Assembly: GCA_017440755.1 (NCBI GenBank)
Contig: JAFSGP010000012.1
Span: forward strand, 2,283-66,282
Direction: 5' to 3'
Length of the DNA: 64,000 nucleotides
Source: Clostridia bacterium
GTDB lineage: Bacteria; Bacillota; Clostridia; Oscillospirales; Acutalibacteraceae
The notes beneath the pieces were generated by a model that saw only the letters and a program-made list of their open reading frames with translations, was not told the DNA's origin and made no database searches. The translations under genes were made by a program, and so were the position numbers. Of the stretch, positions 24,646 to 34,136 are shown piece by piece; positions within the stretch are counted from its first letter, which is position 1; the number at the start of each line of letters is the position of its first letter.

Positions 24646-25653
24646 ATGCTTATTTTAGGAATTGAGTCTTCCTGTGATGAGACGGCGGCAGCCGTTGTCG
24701 AAGACGGGCGGCGGGTATTGTCCAACGTCATTGCCTCGCAGGTGGAGGAGCACCGTCTGTACGGCGGTGTGGTGCCGGAGATTGCCAGCCGCCGCCACGC
24801 CGAGGCGATAGACGGGGTGGTGCGCCGCGCTCTGGAGGAGGCGGGGGTGACGCTTTCGCAGATAGACGGCATCGCGGTCACCTATGCACCGGGGCTGATT
24901 GGCGCCCTGCTGGTGGGTGTCAGCTTTGCCAAGGGCTTGGCGCTGACCACGGGCAAGCCGCTGATTCCCGTACACCATCTGCGCTCCCACATCGCCGCCA
25001 ACTATCTGGCTCACCCTGAGCTGAAGCCGCCATTCCTTTGCTTGGTGGTGTCCGGCGGACACAGCCACATTGTGCAGGTGAAGGACTATACGCAGTTTGA
25101 GGTTATCGGTCGCACCCGCGACGATGCCGCAGGGGAATGCTACGACAAGGCGGCGCGGGCAATGGGTATGCCCTATCCCGGCGGCGTGGCGCTGGACAAG
25201 CTGGCGGCAGAGGGGAACCCCGATGCCTATCCCTTGCCCCGCCCCCACGTGGAGGGAAGCCGATACGATTTCAGCTTTTCGGGGCTGAAAACGGCGGTCA
25301 TCAACCGCCTGCACAACGCGGAGCAAAAAGGCGAAAGGATTAATAAAGCGGACCTGTGTGCCTCTTTCCAGCAGCGGGTCAGCGGCATGTTGGTGGAGAA
25401 CACCATGCTGGCGGCGGAGGACTTGGGTGCCTCCACCATCGTGCTGGCGGGCGGTGTGTCCGCCAACTCGGGTCTGCGTGCAGGTATGGAAGCCGCCTGT
25501 GCACAGCGGGGATACGCCCTGTATGCGCCGCCCCTTTCCCTGTGCGGGGACAACGGCGCCATGGTGGCGGCACAGGGCTACTACGAGCTGCTGGCGGGTC
25601 ACACCGCGGGCATGGAGCTGAATGCCATTGCCTCCCTCCCGATTACGGAATAA
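24646..25653 (+). CDS. tsaD: tRNA N6-adenosine threonylcarbamoyltransferase
   Basis: AAGGAG RBS. MLILGIESSCDETAAAVV... with GVSAN near the C-terminus. Confidence 0.95.
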   Translation: MLILGIESSCDETAAAVVEDGRRVLSNVIASQVEEHRLYGGVVPEIASRRHAEAIDGVVRRALEEAGVTLSQIDGIAVTYAPGLIGALLVGVSFAKGLALTTGKPLIPVHHLRSHIAANYLAHPELKPPFLCLVVSGGHSHIVQVKDYTQFEVIGRTRDDAAGECYDKAARAMGMPYPGGVALDKLAAEGNPDAYPLPRPHVEGSRYDFSFSGLKTAVINRLHNAEQKGERINKADLCASFQQRVSGMLVENTMLAAEDLGASTIVLAGGVSANSGLRAGMEAACAQRGYALYAPPLSLCGDNGAMVAAQGYYELLAGHTAGMELNAIASLPITE

Positions 25654-25751
25654 GCCTTTACAAACCGCAACCTTAAACAAATCTTAAACACACGCCCTCT
25701 TTATCTTAAAGGGGGCGTGTGCTATAATGAGAGAAAGAGGAGGTGTGGCAG

Positions 25752-26465
25752 GTGGCCAACATACTGATTTGCGACGACGAAAAGGACATTGTATCCGCTT
25801 TAAAGATTTATCTGGAGGCGGAGGGATATACCACCTATACCGCCTACACGGGAAAGCAGGCGCTGGACGTTCTGCAGCAAAGGGAGATACATCTGGTGCT
25901 GATGGACGTAATGATGCCGGAGATGGACGGCATCACGGCGATTTCTCTGCTGCGGCGGCAACACAATCTGCCGGTTATTCTGCTCACCGCCAAGGGGGAG
26001 GATACCGACAAGGTGCTGGGACTCAACGTGGGGGCGGACGACTACGTCGCCAAGCCCTTTAACCCGGTGGAATTGCTGGCGCGGGTGCGCTCTCAGCTGC
26101 GGCGGTATATGAATCTGGGCGGCCATGCTGTTCCCGCCGCCGAGGCGGAGCGCTGCTGGCAGGTGGGAGGGCTTTCGATGGACGACCGCCGCAAGCAGGT
26201 GACGCTGGACGGGGAGCCTGTCAGCCTCACCCCCACCGAGTATGACATTCTGAAGCTGTGTATGAGCCACCCTGACGAGGTGCTGTCTCCCAAGGAGATT
26301 TATCGCCGCGTGTGGCAGGAGGACCCCTTGGGCAGCGAGGGGGTGGTGGCGGTGCACATTCGCCACCTGCGGGAGAAAATCGAGATAGACCCCGCCGACC
26401 CGCGTTACATCAAGGTGGTGTGGGGACAGGGGTATAAGTTGGATACGGGAGGTGGCGGACGATGA
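25752..26465 (+). CDS. OmpR/PhoB-family response regulator
   Basis: GAGGAGG RBS 8 nt before GTG 25752. Receiver domain ILICDDEKDI...DVMMPEMDG and a winged-helix C-terminus. Confidence 0.9.
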   Translation: MANILICDDEKDIVSALKIYLEAEGYTTYTAYTGKQALDVLQQREIHLVLMDVMMPEMDGITAISLLRRQHNLPVILLTAKGEDTDKVLGLNVGADDYVAKPFNPVELLARVRSQLRRYMNLGGHAVPAAEAERCWQVGGLSMDDRRKQVTLDGEPVSLTPTEYDILKLCMSHPDEVLSPKEIYRRVWQEDPLGSEGVVAVHIRHLREKIEIDPADPRYIKVVWGQGYKLDTGGGGR

Positions 26466-28312
26466 AAGGGTCTTTTCGCCGCAGCTTGGCGGTTAAGGTG
26501 ACGACGCTGTTTCTCACGGTGTTGCTGCTTGCGGGCAGTGTGCTGGCGGTGGGCTGCAGCGTGGTGACTATGGTGTGCGCCGGTGCCGCCGGCACCACCG
26601 ATGCCGCCCAAAAGGCGGTGGCGCAGGAGGTGCTGTACCGCTACGCCAACTACATGGCATCGGCAATGGTGTGGTCCTTACCGCTGGACGAATATGAGGA
26701 TATGCCCTTCACCTACGAGGCGGTGGACGAAACCGGCAATATGGTGAGCGCCACCTATCAGGGCGGCGCGTATTTGGCGAAGGCGACCGCCACCTATATG
26801 TACAACTACTATCCCTATCCCGATAGCGACACCTCGGTGCTGCGGCAGATGTCGGTGACGCTGTACGCAGACACCGACCTGCAGGGGGACGGCTGGCTAC
26901 CCTTGGCGGTACAGGCGGTGACGGTGTGCCACCATTACCGCTGGTGGCTGTTGGCACTGGGGCTTACGCTATTTATTGCGGCGGCGGCGCTGACGGTGTT
27001 TCTCCACGCGGCGGCCGGCTGGCAGCCGGGGGAGGAAAAGCCGATTTGCAACCCCTTCGACCGCATTCCTTTCGACCTATACACCCTGCTTTACGCGGCA
27101 ATTGGTATAGCCGAGATATGGTTTCTCGATGAAATCGGCGTTAATATGCTGGCGTTTGGGGTGGCGTTGGCGGTGCTGGGGGTGGTGGACGTGTTTCTGC
27201 TGCTCGGCTATACGACGAGCATTGCCACCCGCCTGAAAACCCGCACGTTGTGGTATAACACCCTAATCGGACGCTTGCTGCGGCTGTGCAGGAGCGGCCT
27301 GCAGGCGGCGGGACGGCATCTGCCGGTTATCGTTAAGGCGGCAGCACTTTTAGGCGGCATAACCCTGCTGGAGGGGATTTGGATATACCTGTGCCGCGAT
27401 GAGGTGGACGTGCTGTTCGGCTGGTGGCTGGCGGCTAAATTTGTGGAGATTCCTCTCGTTTTGCTGTTTGTACTGGGTCTGGCACGGCTGAAGGACGGCA
27501 TTTCCCGCATCGCCGCAGGACAGGTGGAGCATCAGATATCCACTCAATACCTGCTTGGTGACCTGCGCCGCACCGCCGAGGACGTCAACCACATCGGTGA
27601 CGGTCTGTCCGACGCGGTGGAAGCGCGGCTGAAGAGCGAGCGGTTCAAAACCGAGCTGATTACCAACGTCTCCCACGACATCAAGACCCCGCTGACCTCT
27701 ATCATCAACTACGTGGACCTGATGGAGAAGCAGCAGCCTGACGACCCTACTCTGCGGGAGTATCTGGAGGTGCTGCAGCGGCAGTCCGCGCGGCTGAAAA
27801 AGCTTATTGAGGACCTTATTGAAGCGTCCAAAGCCTCCACGGGCAGCCTGACGGTGGAACGGAGTGCCTGTCGTTTGGGGGTACTGCTGGAGCAGACGGT
27901 GGGAGAATATGCCGAAAAGGCGCAGCTGGGGCAGCTGACGCTGCTGCTGCAGCAACCCGACGAACCCATAACCGTGCTGGCAGATGGGCGACATTTGTGG
28001 CGGGTGTTTGACAATCTGATGAATAACGTCTGCAAGTATGCCCAACCCGAAACACGGGTGTATCTGGACCTGTTCCGACAGGGGGATACCGCCCACGTGG
28101 TGTTCCGCAACATTTCCCGTATGCCGCTGAATATCACCGGCGACGAGCTGATGGAGCGGTTTGTGCGGGGGGACAGCTCCCGCCACACCGAGGGCAGCGG
28201 CTTGGGGCTGTCCATCGCCCGCAGCCTTATCGAGCTGCAGAGTGGCACCCTGACCCTGACGGTGGACGGCGACCTGTTTAAGGTGGAACTGACCTTGCCG
28301 ATACAGGAGTAA
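26462..28312 (+). CDS. sensor histidine kinase
   Basis: ATGA overlap with the response regulator. H-box VSHDIKTPLTSI, an HATPase_c domain, and several N-terminal TM segments. Confidence 0.9.
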   Translation: MKGSFRRSLAVKVTTLFLTVLLLAGSVLAVGCSVVTMVCAGAAGTTDAAQKAVAQEVLYRYANYMASAMVWSLPLDEYEDMPFTYEAVDETGNMVSATYQGGAYLAKATATYMYNYYPYPDSDTSVLRQMSVTLYADTDLQGDGWLPLAVQAVTVCHHYRWWLLALGLTLFIAAAALTVFLHAAAGWQPGEEKPICNPFDRIPFDLYTLLYAAIGIAEIWFLDEIGVNMLAFGVALAVLGVVDVFLLLGYTTSIATRLKTRTLWYNTLIGRLLRLCRSGLQAAGRHLPVIVKAAALLGGITLLEGIWIYLCRDEVDVLFGWWLAAKFVEIPLVLLFVLGLARLKDGISRIAAGQVEHQISTQYLLGDLRRTAEDVNHIGDGLSDAVEARLKSERFKTELITNVSHDIKTPLTSIINYVDLMEKQQPDDPTLREYLEVLQRQSARLKKLIEDLIEASKASTGSLTVERSACRLGVLLEQTVGEYAEKAQLGQLTLLLQQPDEPITVLADGRHLWRVFDNLMNNVCKYAQPETRVYLDLFRQGDTAHVVFRNISRMPLNITGDELMERFVRGDSSRHTEGSGLGLSIARSLIELQSGTLTLTVDGDLFKVELTLPIQE

Positions 28313-28313
28313 T

Positions 28314-28346
28314 AAAAAAGGAGTGAACAGCGTTCACTCCTTTTTC
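28314..28346. terminator. bidirectional terminator
   Basis: AAAAAGGAGTGAAC-agc-GTTCACTCCTTTTT. Confidence 0.7.
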
Positions 28347-29230
28347 ACGGCGTATTTTTCGGTGATTTCCGCGTACAGCCTATCGGCGTCGGCGGCGATG
28401 GCGGCTTGCTCCTCGCGGGACACGGTGGCGAGCGCTGTTTTCTTAGGCAGGCCCCACACGTGGAACAGCCACGGACCAATCCATTCCCGCTCCCCGCAGG
28501 GGTCGAATACACCCCGCAGGATAGATAGGCATGCCTTTTTCGGCTTCATAAACAGCACCTTCATTGGGTGCTTGATGAGGGCGAAAATCACCTTAGGGTA
28601 GTGGTTAGTGATGTTCGTAAAGGCGATGCCCGGGTGGGTCACTGCCAGGGTGGCGGTCTGCCCACGGAACAGGTCGTACAGGGAGAATGTGAGCCGCCGC
28701 TTGGCGTGCCCGTAGGCGAGGGACGCCTGCCGTCGGGTGCGGAAGTCGATGTCTGCGGGGTCGGTTTTGCTGTAGGTGTGGGCGATGCTCCCCACCGCCA
28801 CCACATGCCCGCCGTTTTGGTTCAGCGCGGGCAACAGCCGACGGGTCAGCACGTAGGGGGCGAGATAATTGATCTGGAACACGTTGTCATACCCCGTGTC
28901 GCAGAGATGGCGGGGGATGGCGTAGGCACCCGCATTGAGGATAAGCACGTGGGGCGGCTTGTCTGCCAGCCTGTCCGCCGCCGCCAGCACCGCGCCCATA
29001 TTCTCCAAATCCAGCGGGATATATTCCACCCGCACGGCGAATTTCTGCCGCAGCTCGTCCTGTAGGGCAGCGGCGCGTTCCTTGTTGCGGTCTAACAGAA
29101 CGAGGTCTGCCCCCAGCCCCGCCAGCCGACGGCACAGTGCCTGTCCCAGCCCGCCTGTAGAGCCGGAAATTGCCACGGTCTTCCCCGTCAGTGGGGCGGT
29201 GTGCTTGCGTATCCACGTTTGACAGCTCAT
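28334..29230 (-). CDS. short-chain dehydrogenase/reductase (SDR)
   Basis: GAGGTGAGG RBS before ATG 29230. GKTVAISGSTGGLGQAL is a TGxxxGxG motif. The Arg-rich N-terminal extension of the track ORF was rejected. Confidence 0.8.
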   Translation of the reverse strand: MSCQTWIRKHTAPLTGKTVAISGSTGGLGQALCRRLAGLGADLVLLDRNKERAAALQDELRQKFAVRVEYIPLDLENMGAVLAAADRLADKPPHVLILNAGAYAIPRHLCDTGYDNVFQINYLAPYVLTRRLLPALNQNGGHVVAVGSIAHTYSKTDPADIDFRTRRQASLAYGHAKRRLTFSLYDLFRGQTATLAVTHPGIAFTNITNHYPKVIFALIKHPMKVLFMKPKKACLSILRGVFDPCGEREWIGPWLFHVWGLPKKTALATVSREEQAAIAADADRLYAEITEKYAVKKE

Positions 29231-29278
29231 ATCCTCACCTCTTGTGGTTATGGTACCATAAATATCACCGTTTCGCAA

Positions 29279-29313
29279 CAGAAAAAGCCTTGGAGCGTCG
29301 CTCCAAGGCTTTT
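29279..29313 (-). terminator. intrinsic terminator after the CorC-like gene
   Basis: AGCCTTGGAGC-gac-GCTCCAAGGCT followed by TTTTTC on the minus strand. Confidence 0.65.
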
Positions 29314-29316
29314 TTA

Positions 29317-30603
29317 TCAGGTTTCGGACTCCTTTTTCCGTTTGGGCTTGTCCGTCTTTTCTTCCGCGGGCTCCTCTACGGCGCGCACGCGGATCTCCTC
29401 GGGGTGGGTCTTGCCCACCTTGGTGACGGTGACCGCCAGCCCGTCTGCCACGAAGGTATCCCCTTCTGCGGGGATACAGCCGGTGGCTTCCATCACCCAA
29501 CCGCTGACGGTGGCGGCCTCGCAATCGGTTTCCCGTCCGAAATGCTCCATCAGGTCCTCCAGCTCGGTGGAGCAGAGCACCAGCAGGTCGCCCTCCTCGC
29601 CGTCGGGGCGCATGGTTTCGATGACGTCGTCGTGCTCGTCCCAGATTTCGCCTACCAGCTCTTCCAGCACGTCCTCCATAGTGACGATGCCCAGGGTGCC
29701 GCCATACTCGTCGGATACCACTGCCAGATGGGTCTTTTCCGCCTGCAGCTTATCCAGCAGGGCGGGCATCTTCATCGTGGGGGTGATAAACACCGCGGGC
29801 TTCATCAGCGTGGCGGGGGAGGCGGGGGCCTGCGCCCGATGGAAATCCTTATAATGTACGATACCGACGATACGGTCGATGGTGTCCTCGTACACAGGCA
29901 GACGGGAATAATCCGTCTCCTCAAACACCTGTGCCAGCTCCGCGGCGGTGGCGTCCAGCGGAATGCCGGTGACCTCCACGCGAGGAATGAGGATATCCTG
30001 TGCCTCTCGGTCGTTGAAGGCGATGACCTGCCGAATCATATCGCTTTCCTTTTCGTCCAGCGAGCCGCCCTGTTCCGCCTCGTCCACGATGGTGAGCAGC
30101 TCCTCCTCGGTGACCGCCTGCTCGCCGCCGGACTTAAACAGCAGGTTGAGCAGCTTTTTCCACTGGGAGAACACCCAGTTGACAGGGGTGAGCAGCACGA
30201 TGACGCACCGCAGAATGGGAGCGGTAGCCATAGTGAAGCTGTCGGCGTACTCTTTCGCCAGACTTTTGGGGGAGATTTCGCCGAAAATGAGCACCACCAC
30301 GGTGGTAACCACCGTGGAAAGGGTGGCGCCGTAGGCGGCAGACAGCTTGACGAAGAAGATGGTGGCTACGGTGGTGAGCAGAATGTTGACGATGTTGTTG
30401 CCAACCAAAATAGTGGACAGCAGCTTGTCGTAGTCCTCTGCCATTTTCAGCACCAGAGCCGCCTTTTTGTTCCCGTCCTCCGCCAGACTTTTCAGCCGTA
30501 TGCGGTTGAAAGAGGAAAAGGCGGTCTCGGTGGCGGAGAAATAGGCGGACAGCGCCACCAAAATCAGCATAAATAGAATCGGACGTATACTGTCGGGATC
30601 CAT
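29317..30603 (-). CDS. HlyC/CorC (CNNM) family transporter: DUF21, CBS pair and CorC_HlyC domains
   Basis: Starts MDPDSIRPILFMLILVALSAYFSATETAFSS. CBS pair and C-terminal transporter-associated domain. Confidence 0.85.
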   Translation of the reverse strand: MDPDSIRPILFMLILVALSAYFSATETAFSSFNRIRLKSLAEDGNKKAALVLKMAEDYDKLLSTILVGNNIVNILLTTVATIFFVKLSAAYGATLSTVVTTVVVLIFGEISPKSLAKEYADSFTMATAPILRCVIVLLTPVNWVFSQWKKLLNLLFKSGGEQAVTEEELLTIVDEAEQGGSLDEKESDMIRQVIAFNDREAQDILIPRVEVTGIPLDATAAELAQVFEETDYSRLPVYEDTIDRIVGIVHYKDFHRAQAPASPATLMKPAVFITPTMKMPALLDKLQAEKTHLAVVSDEYGGTLGIVTMEDVLEELVGEIWDEHDDVIETMRPDGEEGDLLVLCSTELEDLMEHFGRETDCEAATVSGWVMEATGCIPAEGDTFVADGLAVTVTKVGKTHPEEIRVRAVEEPAEEKTDKPKRKKESET

Positions 30604-30738
30604 GTGGAAATAACAACTCCTTATTATTATAAATGGGTTTATGCTGAGCACACTATAACAGAAACCAACCGAAAAGTCCAGTCTTTTTACATATTTTCCG
30701 CTGACAGGGGCACAATAGGCGGGAAAGGGGCGAGAAAA

Positions 30739-31104
30739 ATGGATTGGTGGATGCTGTTGAAGGCGTTTGCAGTGGGCGGCGGAATTTGTGTGGTAGGGCA
30801 ACTGCTCATCGACTATACGAAGCTGACCCCCGCACGGATTTTGGTGTCCTTTGTGGTGCTGGGTGTGGTGCTGGGCGGTCTGGGCGTGTACCGCCCCTTG
30901 GTGGAGTTTGCAGGCTGTGGCGCCACCGTGCCGCTGACGGGATTCGGGTACACGCTGGCCATGGGTGTGCAGGAGGCGGTGGCGGAAAAGGGCGCCTTGG
31001 GAATTCTCACCGGTCCTTTGACGGGGGCTGCCGGCGGCATCGCCGCTGCGGTGGTATTCGGGTTTGCCGGTTCCTTGGTGGCCAAATCGGGGGACAAGGC
31101 GTAG
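30739..31104 (+). CDS. spoVAEB: stage V sporulation protein AE (SpoVAC/SpoVAEB family)
   Basis: 121 aa. GGGICVVGQLLIDYTKLTPARILVSFVVLGVVLG...TVPLTGFGYTL. Confidence 0.75.
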   Translation: MDWWMLLKAFAVGGGICVVGQLLIDYTKLTPARILVSFVVLGVVLGGLGVYRPLVEFAGCGATVPLTGFGYTLAMGVQEAVAEKGALGILTGPLTGAAGGIAAAVVFGFAGSLVAKSGDKA

Positions 31105-31132
31105 CTTTGCCCTTATATATAATGTATAATAT

Positions 31133-31165
31133 AGACAGACGGGCAGCACCCCGTCTGTTTTTTTG
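31133..31165 (+). terminator. intrinsic terminator
   Basis: ACAGACGGG-cagcac-CCCGTCTGT followed by TTTTTTT. Confidence 0.7.
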
Positions 31166-31255
31166 GTTTGCAGACTACATATTGTGTTTGTTTTTCTTGT
31201 GCAACCACTATATAAAAGGGCAAAAAAATATTTTAAAAACTGCGCAAAAAAACAC

Positions 31256-31284
31256 TTGACCTATTGCATCAAATGTGCTATACT
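31256..31284 (+). promoter_or_regulatory. putative promoter of the rpmG-secE-nusG cluster
   Basis: TTGACC, 17-nt spacer, TGcTATACT. Confidence 0.6.
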
Positions 31285-31402
31285 CTAAAATACCTCAAAG
31301 GGGGTTTATTTTTTGTGCCCTTTTTTGGGCATAGCCCCATCGGCCGTTTCGGCCTGAGGGAGGTTCACAAAATCCGGCTTTACAGCTATGGGAGGTACCG
31401 AA

Positions 31403-31552
31403 ATGAGAGTCAAAATTACCCTGGCTTGCACCGAATGCAAGCAACGCAACTACAACACCATGAAGAACAAGAAGAACGACCCGGACAGACTGGAAATGAA
31501 CAAGTACTGCCGCTTCTGCCGTAAGCACACTGTGCATCGCGAGACGAAGTAA
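31403..31552 (+). CDS. rpmG: 50S ribosomal protein L33 (49 aa, not in the ORF track)
   Basis: [58 protein letters not shown] with TAA at 31550-31552. Confidence 0.9.
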   Translation: MRVKITLACTECKQRNYNTMKNKKNDPDRLEMNKYCRFCRKHTVHRETK

Positions 31553-31579
31553 GGTACGGCAGAAAGGGAGGAACACGTT

Positions 31580-32020
31580 ATGTTGACTTGGGGCTTTATA
31601 CTCCTCGTATTCGGCCTGCTTGCCGAAATCATCCTTCTCTGCAACAACTTCGATATGTTCGGGCTCATCGGTGAGCTGGGCTTCGGCGGTTACGTAGCCG
31701 CTTTCTTCGACCCGGCAAACCTGACCACCGGCAAGGTGGTGGCGATGATTTCTCTGTTCGTGTTTATTCTGGGTGTGGTGCTGTACATCATCGGCCGCAT
31801 CAAGAATAAGGGCGCTGAGAAGAACCCCATCGTCCCCGAAAAGGTAAAGAAGTACCTGCGCGACACCCGCGGCGAGTTCAAGAAGATCACTTGGCCCAAC
31901 TTCCCCACTGTGGTGCGTAACACCTTGGTGGTGCTGGCCATGTGTGCCGTTACCGCTGTGGTGATCATCGTTGTGGACTTGGTTTGCGGCGAGCTGATCA
32001 ACCTGCTGATGAGTCTGTAA
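31580..32020 (+). CDS. secE: preprotein translocase subunit SecE with a long N-terminal membrane extension
   Basis: GGGAGGAAC RBS. C-terminal KKYLRDTRGEFKKITWPNFPTVVRNTLVVLAMCAV is the SecE core. Sits between rpmG and nusG. Confidence 0.8.
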   Translation: MLTWGFILLVFGLLAEIILLCNNFDMFGLIGELGFGGYVAAFFDPANLTTGKVVAMISLFVFILGVVLYIIGRIKNKGAEKNPIVPEKVKKYLRDTRGEFKKITWPNFPTVVRNTLVVLAMCAVTAVVIIVVDLVCGELINLLMSL

Positions 32021-32038
32021 TCAGGGAGGTGAGGGACA

Positions 32039-32557
32039 ATGGACGAAGCAAAATGGTATGTTGTCCATACCTTCTCCGGTTATGAGAACAAGGTTGCCAC
32101 CAATCTGGAAACGATTGTGGAAAACCGTCACCTGCAGGACTGGATCCACGAGGTGCGTGTCCCCACCGAGACCGTGGTGGAGATTAAGGACAATCAGCGC
32201 AAGGAAGTGGAGCGCAAGATTTTCCCCGGCTACGTGCTGGTGAAGATGGTCATGAGCGACGACAGCTGGTTTGTGGTGCGTAACGTACGCGGCTGCACCG
32301 GTTTCGTCGGTCCCAACGGCAAGCCCGTCCCCCTCACGGAGGCGGAGATTGCTGCACTGGGTGTAGAGAAGAAGGAGATCGTCGTGGATTACGCGGTGGG
32401 CGACACCGTCAATATCGTGGACGGTCCTCTGGAGAATTTCTCCGGTATCGTCGAAGAGATCGATCGGGAGAAGAACATGGTTCGTGTCACCATCTCCATG
32501 TTTGGTCGCGAGACCTCGGTGGAGCTGGAGCTGGACCAGGCAGAGCGGATGGACTAA
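32039..32557 (+). CDS. nusG: transcription termination/antitermination factor NusG
   Basis: WYVVHTFSGYENKV (NGN domain) and KOW motif GDTVNIVDGPLENFSG. Confidence 0.95.
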   Translation: MDEAKWYVVHTFSGYENKVATNLETIVENRHLQDWIHEVRVPTETVVEIKDNQRKEVERKIFPGYVLVKMVMSDDSWFVVRNVRGCTGFVGPNGKPVPLTEAEIAALGVEKKEIVVDYAVGDTVNIVDGPLENFSGIVEEIDREKNMVRVTISMFGRETSVELELDQAERMD

Positions 32558-32701
32558 TCCCTTGCCGAAGTAGGACAGAAAGTTTGGGGCACACCGCCCC
32601 TTACCCGTGCGCCGGACACTTTTCCGGCTGTGGGAGGGACTCCCGCTTTACCGGGCGGAGAGGTTCCGATGTTACCACGAATTTTGGAGGTGCGATAGAA
32701 A

Positions 32702-33127
32702 ATGGCTCAGAAAATTACCGGTTATATCAAGTTGCAGATTCCCGCCGGCAAAGCAACCCCGGCCCCCCCTGTTGGCCCTGCTCTTGGCCAGCATGGTGTT
32801 AACATTATGTCCTTTACGAAGGAATTCAACGAGCGTACTAAGAACGACGCGGGTCTGATTATCCCCGTTGTTATCACCGTGTATGCCGACCGTTCCTTTA
32901 CCTTCGTGACCAAGACGCCCCCTGCGTCCGTGCTGCTGAAGAAGGCTGCCGGCATCGAGACGGCGTCCGGCACGCCCAACAAGACCAAAGTGGCTCAGGT
33001 CACTATGGAGCAGGTCCGTAAGATCGCTGAGACCAAAATGCCCGACCTGAACGCGGCTTCTGTCGAGACTGCTATGAGCATGATCGCCGGTACCGCCCGC
33101 AGCATGGGTATCACGGTTGTCGACTAA
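32702..33127 (+). CDS. rplK: 50S ribosomal protein L11
   Basis: [36 protein letters not shown]. Confidence 0.95.
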   Translation: MAQKITGYIKLQIPAGKATPAPPVGPALGQHGVNIMSFTKEFNERTKNDAGLIIPVVITVYADRSFTFVTKTPPASVLLKKAAGIETASGTPNKTKVAQVTMEQVRKIAETKMPDLNAASVETAMSMIAGTARSMGITVVD

Positions 33128-33214
33128 TTTGCGGACTTTGTGGGAGGAAATATCCTGAACATTCCGCTTTAACCACATTTGCCGCTCTGCGGCATCCAAA
33201 TGGAGGAAAGACCA

Positions 33215-33907
33215 ATGAAACATGGTAAGAAATATTCTGAAAGCGCTAAGCTGATTGATCGCAGCAATCTGTATGACGTTGCCGAGGCTCTGGATCTGAG
33301 CATCAAGACCGGCACCGCCAAGTTTGATGAGACCGTAGAGGTTCACGTCCGCCTGGGCGTTGACGGCCGTCACGCTGACCAGCAGGTCCGTGGCGCGGTT
33401 GTTCTGCCCAACGGCACCGGTAAGACGGTGCGCGCTCTGGTTTTCGCTAAGGGCGATAAGGTGCAGGCTGCTCTGGACGCCGGTGCGGATTTCGCCGGTG
33501 CCGAGGAGCTGGTCGCCAAGATTCAGGGCGGCTGGATGGACTTCGACGTGGTTATCGCCAGCCCTGATATGATGGGCGTGGTTGGTCGTCTGGGTAAGGT
33601 GCTGGGTCCCCGTGGCCTGATGCCCAACCCCAAGGCGGGTACCGTTACCCCCGACGTTGCCAAGGCTGTGACCGAGGCGAAGGCCGGTAAGATCGAGTAC
33701 CGTCTGGATAAGACCAACATCATTCACTGCCCCATCGGTAAGGTTTCCTTCGGCGTAGAGAAGCTGCAGGAGAACTTTGACGCTCTGCTGGGCGCCATCG
33801 TCCGCGCTAAGCCCGCCGCCGCCAAGGGTCAGTACATCAAGTCCTGCACCGTGGCGTCCACCATGGGCCCCGGCGTGAAGATCAACCCCGCCAAGCTGGG
33901 CGGCTAA
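33215..33907 (+). CDS. rplA: 50S ribosomal protein L1
   Basis: [28 protein letters not shown]...[14 protein letters not shown]. Confidence 0.95.
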   Translation: MKHGKKYSESAKLIDRSNLYDVAEALDLSIKTGTAKFDETVEVHVRLGVDGRHADQQVRGAVVLPNGTGKTVRALVFAKGDKVQAALDAGADFAGAEELVAKIQGGWMDFDVVIASPDMMGVVGRLGKVLGPRGLMPNPKAGTVTPDVAKAVTEAKAGKIEYRLDKTNIIHCPIGKVSFGVEKLQENFDALLGAIVRAKPAAAKGQYIKSCTVASTMGPGVKINPAKLGG

Positions 33908-33929
33908 TTTCCCGACTATTACGGCTTCC

Positions 33930-34136
33930 GCCGTATAGTATAAACAGAATTGCTGTTCTTCCACAGACAGCAGGTGCCTACCGCATAAACACGTATCGTG
34001 TGCCTGCCGAGGAGAGAATATCACAATTCCGGCATTACGCCGTACTGTGCCTTTCTCCTCTCCTGTGGAACCCGCAGGAGAGGTTTTCTTTTGGGATGAA
34101 TAGCAATCATCCTATCATTCGGAGGTGAAACAAACA
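33930..34136 (+). promoter_or_regulatory. rplJ leader with attenuator hairpin (L10-leader type)
   Basis: About 200-nt untranslated leader. CCTCTCCTG-tggaacccg-CAGGAGAGG followed by TTTTCTTTT at 34057-34092, about 45 nt before rplJ. L10(L12)4 autoregulation is established in Firmicutes. Confidence 0.5.

Noticed and set aside
28334-29524. Full 396-aa version of the SDR ORF
   Set aside because: The first 98 residues are Arg/Gly-rich and overlap the 3' end of the CorC-like gene and its terminator. ATG 29230 has a strong RBS and yields the canonical TGxxxGxG N-terminus.
29170-30576. 468-aa plus-strand ORF opposite the CorC-like gene, and the 610-aa extended version of the CorC frame (to 31149)
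   Set aside because: The plus-strand ORF is an antisense artefact. The 5' extension of the CorC frame overlaps spoVAEB antisense and is Arg/His-rich. The internal ATG 30603 gives the canonical DUF21 N-terminus.
32672-34024. 450-aa minus-strand ORF opposite rplK/rplA
   Set aside because: It is antisense to universally conserved ribosomal protein genes and has no motifs.
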